This document shows positions 1-9,995 of a DNA stretch of 64,000 nucleotides, in pieces. This DNA comes from Candidatus Pacearchaeota archaeon (lineage in GTDB: Archaea > Nanobdellota > Nanobdellia > Pacearchaeales > GW2011-AR1), in assembly GCA_018303825.1 (NCBI GenBank), contig JAGVXK010000018.1, positions 17,028-81,027 on the forward strand. Reading direction: 5' to 3'. Position 1 is the first letter of the stretch. The number at the start of each line of letters is the position of its first letter. A model generated the notes under the pieces. The model made no database searches. It had not been told where the DNA came from and was given only the letters and a program-made list of their open reading frames with translations. The translations under genes and the position numbers were made by a program.

Positions 1-17
1 TAACTCGAGGTATATAG

Positions 18-2300
18 TTGTTCTTGAAAATGGTGTTTAAAGAGGATGCTCCTGTTGGGGCTTTTGAAATTGAAAAGAAACAGGGGGAAGAGGTGTTATA
101 TGCTAATTATCTTAGAGCCAGCTTTGTTCCAAGCATAGCAGATAACCCCGCGATAATGGATTATGTCATAACCGTACTGGCAGACAATCCAAACATCTCC
201 AGGATGGTATTTGTTCAGCAGAGGAATTACAACTATCCCTCTGAGCAAGTATTGATGCTTTCAGAGATAGCCGGAATTTATGTTTTCCTGACAAAACAAG
301 AGAATATATTGTCTCCTGAAAAATTGAGCGTGTTTGGAAATGTACCCCAAATTTACCAGGAGATTAATTATTTTTTGACATTGCTAAGGCAAGACCCAAT
401 TGGCTCTTATTTTGAGCTAAAGAGAAGAATTAAGGAGGGAAGAGAGCAGATGGAAAAAAGTATGATGGGAAAATCAAGTTTTATGAATTATGTAAGGCTT
501 TTAGAAAGAATTGTTCTTCTTTTGGAAAATTCAAAATTAATAAGATATGTCCTTGCAAATAATGAAACGTATATTCCCAATAGCAGGGAGATTTATAAAA
601 AAATTTTTAGGTATGATATTCTTCCTAATTTTAGCTTCACAAGATTAGTTGCACAGATACCCAAAGATGCCGAATTGATTGATCAGTATGAAATAGAAGA
701 TGATATGGAAAATATAACTGTTACAATATTAAAGAGAAAGAATGAGGGCAAGTATTTTTATCATATTATGCCTCCAGAATACTCCTTATCAGAGGAGCAG
801 CATATGCTTCTTACTCTTGCTAGAAATGTTCTTGTCGAGCATAGGCCCAAGGCGGAGGAATTCACAGACCCGGAGAAGACAAGAAACGTTTTCATGAATG
901 TTTCAAAAGGATTGTTAACAGAATTATCTAATAGCAAAGGGATAAGCTTGAATTATCGTGAATTGAATAAATTAGCTTCTATTCTTGTCAGGCACACTCT
1001 TGGATTTGGTTTGATAGAAGTTTTGTTGAAGGATAATAAATTGCAGGACATTGTCCTTAATGCTCCTATCGCCCTGAATAATGTTTTTGTAAGACATGAA
1101 AAATATGATGAATGTGTAACTAACATAGTGCCCAGCTTTGAAGATGCTGATTCATGGGCAGCAAAATTAAGACTGCAATCTGGGAGGCCATTAGATGAGG
1201 CGAATCCTGTTCTTGACACAGAACTATTGTTTGGGAATACAAGAGCGAGAGTTGCCGCAATAAAGGAGCCATTATCTCCGAATGGATTAGCATACGCAAT
1301 CAGAAGGCACAGGGATGCTCCTTGGACTCTGCCATTATTTATAAAAAACAAGATGATTAATTCTTTTACAGCAGGTTTATTTAGTTTTCTTGTTGATGGA
1401 AGCAGAACTTTGCTTGTCGCAGGAACAAGGAGCTCAGGAAAAACTTCTCTGCTTGGAGCACTAATGCTCGAAATAATGCCCAAGTTCAGGGTTATTTTAA
1501 TTGAAGACACTCTTGAACTTCCTGCTGATTCTTTGAGAAAAAATGGATACGATATATTAAGGATGAAAGTTAGGTCTGCTCTTGTGCAGGGAACAACCGA
1601 AGTAGAAGCAAGCGAAGGAATAAGAACAAGTTTGAGACTGGGAGATTCTGCGCTGATAGTTGGGGAAGTAAGAAGCGAGGAGGCAAAGGCGTTGTATGAG
1701 GCAATGAGAGTAGGAGCGTTGGCAAATGTTGTCGCAGGAACAATACACGGAGATTCGCCTTATGGAGTGTTTGACAGAGTGGTTAACGATCTTAATGTTC
1801 AGCCCACAAGCTTTAAAGCGACTGATTTAATTATTGTAGCTAATCCGGTAAAGACTCCCGATGGATTGCATTCATTAAGAAGAGTAGTGCAGGTAACAGA
1901 AGTAAGAAAACACTGGCAAAAAGATCCATTGGAAGAAAGAGGATTTGTTGACTTGTTGAGATATAATGTGGAGAAAGATGAATTGGAGCCAACGCCTGAA
2001 CTGATAAATGGAGATTCTGAAATAATAAAGGCTATAGCTGCAAGTGTCAAGGGATGGGCTGGAAATTGGGACGCTGTTTATGATAATATTATTCTTAGGG
2101 GGAAAATAAAGCAGGAAATTATAAATATTGCAGAGAAACTGAACAAGCCAGAAATGTTGGAAGCTCCTTTTAACACTATCTCAAACAATGCATTTCATTC
2201 TATAAGCGAAGAAGTAATGAAAGAATTTGGGCTTCCAGTAAGCGAGGAAATCTTTCCACGATGGAGAAAGTGGGCTTTGGACGAGGCTAAGAAATTTTAA
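18..2300 (+). CDS. Type II/IV secretion (FlaI/TadA/VirB11-like) ATPase with long N-terminal extension
   Basis: Walker A AGTRSSGKT, Asp box IEDTLEL, Walker B LIVGEVR, His box TIHG; 760 aa; ATG at 30 is an alternative start. Confidence 0.93.
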   Translation: MFLKMVFKEDAPVGAFEIEKKQGEEVLYANYLRASFVPSIADNPAIMDYVITVLADNPNISRMVFVQQRNYNYPSEQVLMLSEIAGIYVFLTKQENILSPEKLSVFGNVPQIYQEINYFLTLLRQDPIGSYFELKRRIKEGREQMEKSMMGKSSFMNYVRLLERIVLLLENSKLIRYVLANNETYIPNSREIYKKIFRYDILPNFSFTRLVAQIPKDAELIDQYEIEDDMENITVTILKRKNEGKYFYHIMPPEYSLSEEQHMLLTLARNVLVEHRPKAEEFTDPEKTRNVFMNVSKGLLTELSNSKGISLNYRELNKLASILVRHTLGFGLIEVLLKDNKLQDIVLNAPIALNNVFVRHEKYDECVTNIVPSFEDADSWAAKLRLQSGRPLDEANPVLDTELLFGNTRARVAAIKEPLSPNGLAYAIRRHRDAPWTLPLFIKNKMINSFTAGLFSFLVDGSRTLLVAGTRSSGKTSLLGALMLEIMPKFRVILIEDTLELPADSLRKNGYDILRMKVRSALVQGTTEVEASEGIRTSLRLGDSALIVGEVRSEEAKALYEAMRVGALANVVAGTIHGDSPYGVFDRVVNDLNVQPTSFKATDLIIVANPVKTPDGLHSLRRVVQVTEVRKHWQKDPLEERGFVDLLRYNVEKDELEPTPELINGDSEIIKAIAASVKGWAGNWDAVYDNIILRGKIKQEIINIAEKLNKPEMLEAPFNTISNNAFHSISEEVMKEFGLPVSEEIFPRWRKWALDEAKKF

Positions 2301-2304
2301 ATAA

Positions 2305-4473
2305 CTATCCAACTAAACCTGAAAGAGAGATTGCTGCTAGCAAGGTCAGGGCTAAGATTGATATTAATGCAGTTGCAAGATAAAGATAAATTCCTCTTTT
2401 CAGGTATCTGGAAAGGTCATATTTTTCTCTCAAAGGGTCTTTTCCCGAATCTACTGTTACCAATGCAGCCGTAAGGATGAATATTATTTCAATAAGGTAG
2501 ATTCCAATTGAAACCTGGACATAGTATGGAGGAATCATTTTAGTTATGTCAAATATTGACAAGATGTTGCCTATATTTCCAAATTCTCCGGCAGCACTTG
2601 TGCCTCCAGCAAGCTCGGAAATAGCCTGAAGTTTGTTTAGAATAGTGGCTATCATTGAGGAAAGGCCGACAATTATTCCAGCGAGCAATGGTGCAAGGAA
2701 AGTCATGTTTGATTTCATGTCTGAAACTATCTCTGCTAACAAATCTCTAAGTCTCTGGTTTATTTTTTGGATGTTCTTCACGTATTCTGATATTGACATT
2801 AAAGATCTTGCTGCAATCTGTAGACCTTTCTTTACAGATTCAACCAGGATTTTCATAGAAGTTGAAATCAATGAAGATGGATAGTATGAAAGAGCGCCTC
2901 TTTGTCTGTTGAATATAGCTTCTTCCAGGGACATTCCAGTGCCTTGAATATTATGATTAACAAGAGAGAAGAAGCTGGAAGTTGTTTGTCCTGTTGTAGA
3001 TTCTGCCACTTTGCTAAAAGCAATTTCCGCTGGAATTCCATCCCCAATTCTATTGCCAAGCTGAAATAATGAGTTTGTGAATTCTTCTTCCAGCTTTGCT
3101 GTTCCATCTCTTGCTTTTATTAATTCACGGGTTTTCAATTTATAAGCAATTGAGAAGAATAATGCTATGGACAGAGGGATGAAGAGACCGAGAATCATGG
3201 CAATTGGACCGAATGGACCCACTGTTCCAGTGCCGACTGACTTAAAGTCAAACATTTTTGTGTCACCAAGAAGCTGAATGCCTAATTGAGTGAAACTGTA
3301 ATCTTTTGCTAGCCCTAACCCCGATAGAATTCCTGATTGGAAGACGAAAGGAATTATTCCTATTATTAATAATGGGAATGAAACTAAGAATGCAATTAAC
3401 CAGGGTCTTTTTGAGGCAAACTTATAATAATTTGGATTTAATTCCAAGACAGAGGTTTCACCATATCCTCCGGGTCTTTTTAGCAGGACTTCTGAAGTAA
3501 GGTAGAAGACAAAAAATGGAATTATTATGTTAAAAATCAAGAATATATGCTGCCATCTTAAAATTCCCTGAAGCAGAGTTGATGCCAAAGGAAGAAGAGC
3601 AAGACCAAGAGTAGGAAGAACTATTCCCAACATATAAATATTTGTCAATGGAGAGCGGATTTCACGGGAATATTTCAACATCTTTTCATAAACCCCATCA
3701 AGAATTATCTGAAGAGACTTTTCCAATATTTGGACTCTTCTTGACTCACTTGGCTCGAACAAAGAGGATTCTATTAAATGGAAAGATTCGATAAATTCGG
3801 GAGCATAATCTCTCCAGTTTTCTAAGTAATTGTCCATTGAGGATTTGATTGTTGAAAATTTTCCAATTTCTACATCATAAAATACTTTTTTGAAATCAAG
3901 AGCTAGAGGGCCTTCAAGATGTTCTGAAGCAAATTCTATTGCTTTTTCTAAATTAGATGTATGCTTCATGTAAACTACCATGTATAAAATTGCAGGAATC
4001 ATTTGGGAGGAGGCTTTTAATCTCCAGGAATTTGCAATTCTTTGAGGAAGGGTATATGCGTAGTAAAAGATGAATACTCCGGTTATGATTCCTAGGAAGG
4101 CAAATAACAATATATTTCCTATATCTGTATCAGGGTTTATCAGATAGATAGACAGGGAAGACAAGAGGGTTAAGAAGAAAACAACAATTAAAGATAACAA
4201 CGCAAGAGTCATTGCTTGACTTGCGGTTACATCTAAATGGGCTATTTTTAGGGATTTTTCTGTTCTTATTCTGTCTTTTTCAGAAGGTTTTATCTTTATT
4301 ATGCCGCCAAGAGATTTCGCCCAGCGTTCATATTTTGTAAGTTTAGGAATCATTTCTTGCTTGAATTTTTCATAATCTCTGGAAGAGTTTGTTCTTTTCA
4401 AGCCCAGTTCAGATTCTATCTTTTCTCCATATTTTTTCAAGATGTCTTCTGCTGAATTGGGTTTTATTTCCAT
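2305..4473 (-). CDS. Type II secretion system F / TadC-FlaJ-like membrane platform protein (double-length)
   Basis: 722 aa, many TM helices, two T2SSF-like soluble segments (LEKAIEFASEHLEGPLALDFKK; LFQLGNRIGDGIPAEIAF...GMSLEEAI); adjacent to the ATPase. Confidence 0.85.
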   Translation of the reverse strand: MEIKPNSAEDILKKYGEKIESELGLKRTNSSRDYEKFKQEMIPKLTKYERWAKSLGGIIKIKPSEKDRIRTEKSLKIAHLDVTASQAMTLALLSLIVVFFLTLLSSLSIYLINPDTDIGNILLFAFLGIITGVFIFYYAYTLPQRIANSWRLKASSQMIPAILYMVVYMKHTSNLEKAIEFASEHLEGPLALDFKKVFYDVEIGKFSTIKSSMDNYLENWRDYAPEFIESFHLIESSLFEPSESRRVQILEKSLQIILDGVYEKMLKYSREIRSPLTNIYMLGIVLPTLGLALLPLASTLLQGILRWQHIFLIFNIIIPFFVFYLTSEVLLKRPGGYGETSVLELNPNYYKFASKRPWLIAFLVSFPLLIIGIIPFVFQSGILSGLGLAKDYSFTQLGIQLLGDTKMFDFKSVGTGTVGPFGPIAMILGLFIPLSIALFFSIAYKLKTRELIKARDGTAKLEEEFTNSLFQLGNRIGDGIPAEIAFSKVAESTTGQTTSSFFSLVNHNIQGTGMSLEEAIFNRQRGALSYYPSSLISTSMKILVESVKKGLQIAARSLMSISEYVKNIQKINQRLRDLLAEIVSDMKSNMTFLAPLLAGIIVGLSSMIATILNKLQAISELAGGTSAAGEFGNIGNILSIFDITKMIPPYYVQVSIGIYLIEIIFILTAALVTVDSGKDPLREKYDLSRYLKRGIYLYLATALISILALTLLAAISLSGLVG

Positions 4474-4709
4474 GAATTGCCTCTTTATTAAACAAAGATT
4501 AGAACAAAAAGGATATTATAAATTATACGTTTTATTCGCATAAACTTCTATTAAACCAAGGGGCGATAACTGATTTTGCCATTGATATTTTATAATGTTA
4601 GCTTAACGAATTTTTATAGTTTATCATCGGTATTTTAATTTTTATTATCTTTTAAGTTGATAGAATTACATATAAATAGATTTAATAATCCATTTGATTT
4701 TGAATCTCA

Positions 4710-4865
4710 ATGAAGAAAAAAGGGGAAATTAGCACAGAGATGGTAGTCTGGATAGTAATAGCCATTCTTGTCCTGATTATATTTGTCGTGCTTTCCATTT
4801 ATCTGAGGGCAAAGGGAATTGGAGCTATCGAGTTTGTGAAAAATATATTTAGGTTTGGGAGCTAA
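4710..4865 (+). CDS. Micro-pilin-like protein, 51 aa, class III signal peptide (not in ORF track)
   Basis: Hand translation MKKKG|EISTEMVVWIVIAILVLIIFVVLSIYLRAKGIGAIEFVKNIFRFGS*; first gene of the array. Confidence 0.8.
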   Translation: MKKKGEISTEMVVWIVIAILVLIIFVVLSIYLRAKGIGAIEFVKNIFRFGS

Positions 4866-4866
4866 A

Positions 4867-5409
4867 ATGATAAAAATGAAAAAGATGAATAGGAGGGGAG
4901 AATCATCGGGAAATGCGGTAATTTTAGGGCTGATTGTAGGTTTACTGGTTATAGTTATTGTCGGCATATTTTTTTTCAGAAATAATATTATTGAGCTGAT
5001 TAGGAACATTCCCGGATATAGCGTTGATACGAGAGACAAGGAGGTTTCTGTCGATGTCCCTGCTTTAACCGGAGATAGTTTACTGTGTAATGCGGCTGCA
5101 GTGATTGCGACAATAGACGGCGCAACCAGGGAGATTATATTCAAAATAGATGGGAAGGATGTTCGCCCAGGATTTAAAATCGACAATAAAAGGTATCAAT
5201 GGACTGCTAATTGGGATAATCTTCTTTACATTAAATATACGAAAGGGATTGACAGTACTGTTGCTGTTTTGTCAGTTTATAAAAATGCAAAATTGATAAA
5301 GATTACGGAGTATCCTTCGGATATTGTTGCTGCAAATTATCTTCAACAGCTGGAAAATACTTTTATCGCATATAATACTCCGAATTATATTTGCAGGATA
5401 AAAATATGA
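4867..5409 (+). CDS. Pilin-like protein with class III signal peptide
   Basis: MNRRG|ESSGNAVILGLIVGLLVIVIVGIFFF; start could be 4867, 4876 or 4885. Confidence 0.8.
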   Translation: MIKMKKMNRRGESSGNAVILGLIVGLLVIVIVGIFFFRNNIIELIRNIPGYSVDTRDKEVSVDVPALTGDSLLCNAAAVIATIDGATREIIFKIDGKDVRPGFKIDNKRYQWTANWDNLLYIKYTKGIDSTVAVLSVYKNAKLIKITEYPSDIVAANYLQQLENTFIAYNTPNYICRIKI

Positions 5410-6101
5410 ACAAGAAGGGAATTCTTATGCCTGAGGTGATGAAGATTATTATTGCGGTAGTCTGCATTCTTTTTTTGGTTATTCTTTCAGTTCAGTTGTA
5501 TAATTTGTTTAATTCAAAAACAAGAATTGAGCAGGCGAAAACAAATGCGGAAAATATTGCTTTGAGAATGAATGCTCTTGAAGAAGGAGAAAGCTTTACC
5601 TATCAATTGCTTTCTCCTTCTGGATATATTCTGACAGGATGGCCTATTGATTCAAAGCTCCCAAGCCAGTGTCTAAGCAAGGGATGGACGAATTGCATTT
5701 GCTTTTGCAAATATTCAAAAGATGCTAATTCTAATTTGAGGAGCGCAGCTCATGCATTCTTTGAAAATAATATTCTTACAAATTGGCTGGCAGAGATTAA
5801 ATTAATTATCACTTTAGGGCAAAGCCTTGACCCTGTTGGGGGTGTTTATGACAGCTGTCAAAGTAACCATGTCTGTACGGAAGTCAAGGGAAAGACTAAT
5901 GTCAACAGTGCGAAGTTCAACGATGAATTGACTATCATGGAAGTGCTCAAGAAGATTAGAAAGTCCCAAAACGACCTTATTGAGTTTATTGTCAGAATGT
6001 CTGAGAGAAAGATTTCCATAAGTGTAAATGATTTAATGCAATATAAGAAAGCAATCATAGTTTCACTAAAGGGAGGGGTTTACACAATAGAGCCCGAATA
6101 A
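5406..6101 (+). CDS. Pilin-like protein with class III signal peptide
   Basis: MNKKG|ILMPEVMKIIIAVVCILFLVIL (E+5); ATGA overlap with upstream gene; Cys pairs in the globular part. Confidence 0.82.
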   Translation: MNKKGILMPEVMKIIIAVVCILFLVILSVQLYNLFNSKTRIEQAKTNAENIALRMNALEEGESFTYQLLSPSGYILTGWPIDSKLPSQCLSKGWTNCICFCKYSKDANSNLRSAAHAFFENNILTNWLAEIKLIITLGQSLDPVGGVYDSCQSNHVCTEVKGKTNVNSAKFNDELTIMEVLKKIRKSQNDLIEFIVRMSERKISISVNDLMQYKKAIIVSLKGGVYTIEPE

Positions 6102-6102
6102 C

Positions 6103-6255
6103 ATGAAAATATTTGATTTTTTTAGAGATTGTTTTGGGAGAAATAGAAAAGGAGAGGGGCACTTTGACACTTTCTTCAAGATTATTTTATGGCTGATTGT
6201 ATTTGCAGTCTTGATTGTTGCTTTATACTTTCTTTTGAAGAGATTGACTGGATAA
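6103..6255 (+). CDS. Micro-pilin-like protein, 50 aa (not in ORF track)
   Basis: Hand translation MKIFDFFRDCFGRNRKG|EGHFDTFFKIILWLIVFAVLIVALYFLLKRLTG*; starts 1 nt after the upstream stop. Confidence 0.72.
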   Translation: MKIFDFFRDCFGRNRKGEGHFDTFFKIILWLIVFAVLIVALYFLLKRLTG

Positions 6256-6282
6256 AAATAAAAAGGAAGAATAATTAACAAA

Positions 6283-7428
6283 ATGATAAAGATGAGCAAA
6301 ATGAATAGAAAAGGGGAATTGACAACAGGACAGATAATAAGTATCATACTTATCATCATAGGTTTTCTTGCTCTGCTTTGGTTTGTGGTTTATCAGCTTG
6401 GATTCTCTGGGAGGATAGACAAGGATACCTGTCATACAAGTGTTGTTTTAAGGGGCACTTTGCCGTCATTGGGCGGGGCAGAGCAATATGCTCCATTGAA
6501 ATGCAAGGCTGAAAAAATATGCATCACAGCAGGATTTATCGGGGGAAATTGTGAGAGTGATTATGGGAATGAGAAAGGAATTACAAAAGTCAAAGTTAAT
6601 GATATTGAACAAATCCAGCAATTCATTGCGCAGGATATTGTTGAATGCTGGAATATAATGGGGCAGGGAAAGGTTAATTTATTCTCACAATGGATTGCTG
6701 GCACATATGGGATAGGGAGTGTTTATCCTACTTGTGTTGTCTGTTCTAGAATTGCCTTTGATAGGGAGAAATTGAGCAATATTGGAATTAATTTAGGAGA
6801 TATGGATTTGAATAAGTATATGAGCACGCATTTAATTCCCGGGAAGACTATTACTTACACAGACTTTTTTGCTGGAGAAAATTCAAAGGTAAAAATTAGC
6901 GATACAATAACTTTGCCAAAAGGAACAACTATAAATGGAAAAACGAGTTTAATTGCTAGTGATGAAAATGTTCCGGTGCAAGAGCTTACACAAGAGGAAA
7001 TAGATGCTCAAATTGCAGAAGAGAGAAAAAATGCAGATTTGCAGTCAAGAGCATTTGCTATTTTATTTATGCAGATTAGCGCACCAACTCAATTTGGAAG
7101 CGCGGCTAACATTGGAAAGACATTATTTGTTGGAGGAGTAAGTTCATTTGTATTGGCTCCTGGAGTCACCACTTCAGCTGTTAAAAGCGGAGCGAAGTTG
7201 TGCACTTCAGGAGGATGGGTTGGTCCTGCGGTATGCGGCGGATTATTGGCTTTAGTAGGAATTGCACAGCAGACAAATGTTGCGATAAACAGACAAGTGA
7301 CTGCAGGGTATTGCGGGGATGTTTCGGTTGGAACAGATGCCAGAAATGGATGCTCTGCTGTAAGAACAGTTCATTACGATGTAAGTGAAATAAGCAATTA
7401 TTGTTCTATAATAGAAGGTATTCCTTAA
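6283..7428 (+). CDS. Large pilin-like protein with class III signal peptide, Cys-rich
   Basis: MNRKG|ELTTGQIISIILIIIGFLALLWFVV; 381 aa with a second Gly/Ala-rich hydrophobic segment near the C-terminus. Confidence 0.82.
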   Translation: MIKMSKMNRKGELTTGQIISIILIIIGFLALLWFVVYQLGFSGRIDKDTCHTSVVLRGTLPSLGGAEQYAPLKCKAEKICITAGFIGGNCESDYGNEKGITKVKVNDIEQIQQFIAQDIVECWNIMGQGKVNLFSQWIAGTYGIGSVYPTCVVCSRIAFDREKLSNIGINLGDMDLNKYMSTHLIPGKTITYTDFFAGENSKVKISDTITLPKGTTINGKTSLIASDENVPVQELTQEEIDAQIAEERKNADLQSRAFAILFMQISAPTQFGSAANIGKTLFVGGVSSFVLAPGVTTSAVKSGAKLCTSGGWVGPAVCGGLLALVGIAQQTNVAINRQVTAGYCGDVSVGTDARNGCSAVRTVHYDVSEISNYCSIIEGIP

Positions 7429-7553
7429 TTAATTAAATGTATTTCTGTTAAGAAGTATGGTTAATTTTATTATTGCTATTTTATGATTTTTCATCTATTG
7501 AGTTAATAATTAAAAATAAGTAAATTTATAACCTGAAAGTGATTGGATAGGAA

Positions 7554-7976
7554 ATGAACAAAAGAGGAGAGATGATTGGTCTGGAAACTTTGCTGTTTTT
7601 CCTGCTTAATCTCGCATTTATGGTGGTTTTAATGATATTTATTTTGAATTCCAGCTATGGTGCATTGGTTTACGAGCAGACTTATGCAAAACAAATCGTG
7701 CTGTTAATAGATGGGGCAAAAACAAATACAGATTTAGGAATTGATATGACTAATGCTATTGAAGTTGCTAGGAAATATATTTCCACAAATAAAGCAGAGA
7801 CGAGCGATGAAATATTGAAAAGAGCAATTATAATTGATAAGGAAAAAGGCACGATAACTGTCAGCTTGAGTGGCCGAGGAGGTTATAGCTATAAGTATTT
7901 TTCAGGATATGATGTGAATCTTGAAACTGCAGGAGTTATATTGAAAATAAATGTGAGAGAAAAGGAAAATGCTTAG
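7554..7976 (+). CDS. Pilin-like protein with class III signal peptide
   Basis: MNKRG|EMIGLETLLFFLLNLAFMVVLMIFI. Confidence 0.82.
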   Translation: MNKRGEMIGLETLLFFLLNLAFMVVLMIFILNSSYGALVYEQTYAKQIVLLIDGAKTNTDLGIDMTNAIEVARKYISTNKAETSDEILKRAIIIDKEKGTITVSLSGRGGYSYKYFSGYDVNLETAGVILKINVREKENA

Positions 7977-8505
7977 TGTGAATAAAATGAACAAGAGGGG
8001 GGGAGAGAAGCTTCTTGCTATTTGGTGGTTTTTTGTCTTAATTGTCATTGGGGTGGGAATTGTTGCCGGAGTTCTGATATTTTATAATGCTAATGTTGAT
8101 GCGAGGACCTTAGAAGCACAGGTTCTTTCAGAAAGGATATTCTCTTGTATTGTGAAAGATAACTTTTTTGATAAGGAAGTTATGAATAATTTTGATGCGA
8201 TATACAAAAAATGCGGATTAAATGATAAATTATTTACTGGAGACGGAGTTTTTTATTTTAAGATTAGTTTGTACGATGGAGATAATTTATTTTACGAAAA
8301 AAGCAGCGATTTGAAATCTTTTGAGACTGATTGTGCGATTGCTTCGGAGATGAAAAAGGCAGACTATTTTCCTCGATGTGTAAAAAGCAGCGAGAATGTT
8401 TTGTTTTATGATAATAATGAATTGAAATCACTCAGACTTGAAGTTCTCGCTGGAAGCAATCAATTTGGAAGGAGGGTAAGTTTAGCAGAAAATGACAAAA
8501 ATTAA
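7969..8505 (+). CDS. Pilin-like protein with class III signal peptide
   Basis: MNKRG|GEKLLAIWWFFVLIVIGVGIVAGVLIFY; overlaps upstream gene. Confidence 0.82.
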   Translation: MLSVNKMNKRGGEKLLAIWWFFVLIVIGVGIVAGVLIFYNANVDARTLEAQVLSERIFSCIVKDNFFDKEVMNNFDAIYKKCGLNDKLFTGDGVFYFKISLYDGDNLFYEKSSDLKSFETDCAIASEMKKADYFPRCVKSSENVLFYDNNELKSLRLEVLAGSNQFGRRVSLAENDKN

Positions 8506-9094
8506 AAACAATAGCAAAACTAACAAAAGAGGGCAGATAGCAAGCACAATGACATGGATGACTGCGTTCATAATAATCTTTTTCATAATGATTTTATTTA
8601 TTACATCAGTTATTATTTTTTCCGGAACGAAAAAAATTCCAGTTGTGGGAAGTGGCGGAAATCAAATTGAAGTTGAGAAATATGCTGCGGGTGGTTATGC
8701 TTTGCAAAGACAGCTCAACAATTTTATAGTATCTGGGATCTCTTATAATAATGCCAAATCGGCCGTGTTAGACTTCCTTTTGAATATGAAAAGCCTGGAG
8801 GGAGAAGAAGCTAAGGTTTTGAAAGACTTCACTCTTTCCTATTTCAATACCATATCTTCCCAATGCCATGTGGTTTGTGTTAGTTATTATAAAAATAATG
8901 AATTAGACAATGCATTGTTTATGAATACTAAAAAATGCCCGGGCAATGATAAAAATTCTTTGGGAACATCTGTTGTTTCAAAATACGAATGCAAATATTT
9001 AGAAGATACATACAGCAAGGAGAACATACTTTATACAAGTTTCACAAAAGATAATCTTAAAGTGAGTTTGTTTGAGGGGGCAGCAAATGGCTAA
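8492..9094 (+). CDS. Pilin-like protein with class III signal peptide
   Basis: NKRG|QIASTMTWMTAFIIIFFIMILF. Confidence 0.82.
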   Translation: MTKIKNNSKTNKRGQIASTMTWMTAFIIIFFIMILFITSVIIFSGTKKIPVVGSGGNQIEVEKYAAGGYALQRQLNNFIVSGISYNNAKSAVLDFLLNMKSLEGEEAKVLKDFTLSYFNTISSQCHVVCVSYYKNNELDNALFMNTKKCPGNDKNSLGTSVVSKYECKYLEDTYSKENILYTSFTKDNLKVSLFEGAANG

Positions 9095-9830
9095 ATTTGG
9101 CAGTTTTAATAGAATTGGGATGAACAAGAAGGGAGATGTTTCTGTGACTCTTCTCATCTTTATGGCTTTGTTTTTGGTTATAACCGCCTTGTATAGTTTT
9201 ATGGTTTACAGCAGAATTAATACAAGCATTGCTGACCCAAGATTTTTGGAAAAAAGCTACCAAAAGGAAGAAATGTATAAAATTGAGATATTCACAAAAG
9301 GATATGAAAATATAGTAAAAGATTATTATGATAAAACTCAAGATTATCTGTCCGGAAATGAATTAGAAGTGTCTGGCTTTCAAATCAAGGATGAAAATGG
9401 AAATGTTAAAAACATAGATGCTAACAAGGACAAAGAAATGGTTAGTTTCATATCTAAGGAAGACTTTCCTATTTTTGACGAGATAACAATCAAAGACAAG
9501 CAATCAAGATGGTATTGGAGGATTGTTCCTGAATCTGTCAAAGATCAGCAGATAAAGGTTTTGATTAATTCTATTTACAAGCCGAAAATAGATGTCAAAA
9601 TAAATCTTACTGAAATGGGGTTGCATGACTTTGATGAGATTGATTCTGCAGTTAATCAATGTAAGGATTCTGATAATGATAAAATAAGATATTGTTTATC
9701 TGAAAGATTGGGCAATTTCGATGTTTCAATAGATGTAAAAGATAATGTTAAAACTGCTTTATTCAATACAAAGAAGAAGTTTTACATAGACAACCAGTTA
9801 AGAAAGATAGAGATTAGCGTAAAGTTATAG
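9087..9830 (+). CDS. Pilin-like protein with class III signal peptide
   Basis: MNKKG|DVSVTLLIFMALFLVITALY; ATG 9087 overlaps the upstream stop. Confidence 0.8.
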   Translation: MAKFGSFNRIGMNKKGDVSVTLLIFMALFLVITALYSFMVYSRINTSIADPRFLEKSYQKEEMYKIEIFTKGYENIVKDYYDKTQDYLSGNELEVSGFQIKDENGNVKNIDANKDKEMVSFISKEDFPIFDEITIKDKQSRWYWRIVPESVKDQQIKVLINSIYKPKIDVKINLTEMGLHDFDEIDSAVNQCKDSDNDKIRYCLSERLGNFDVSIDVKDNVKTALFNTKKKFYIDNQLRKIEISVKL

Positions 9831-9844
9831 GCTTAGCACTGGTG

Positions 9845-9974
9845 GCAAAAAGGTTTGTAAGCGTTTTTGGAAAGACCTCGAGGAAGTTAAGGTTTTTGCT
9901 TTCGCAAAAAGGTTTATAATAAGATTTAGAAAATCTTAAGAAAGTCAAGGTTGCTAACGCAAAAGGTTTATAAA
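9845..9974 (+). promoter_or_regulatory. Three tandem BRE/TATA-like motifs GCAAAA(A)GGTTT(A/G)TAA
   Basis: Copies start at 9845, 9904 and 9959 (59 and 55 bp apart); the last lies about 25 nt before ATG 9996. Confidence 0.55.
9918..9957. repeat. Dispersed intergenic repeat, copy with TAAGATTT-AGA-AAATCTTA palindrome
   Basis: 34 of 41 aligned positions identical to 63041-63080 by eye. Confidence 0.6.
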
Positions 9975-9995
9975 TAAGTATTTGCTTTAAGAAAC

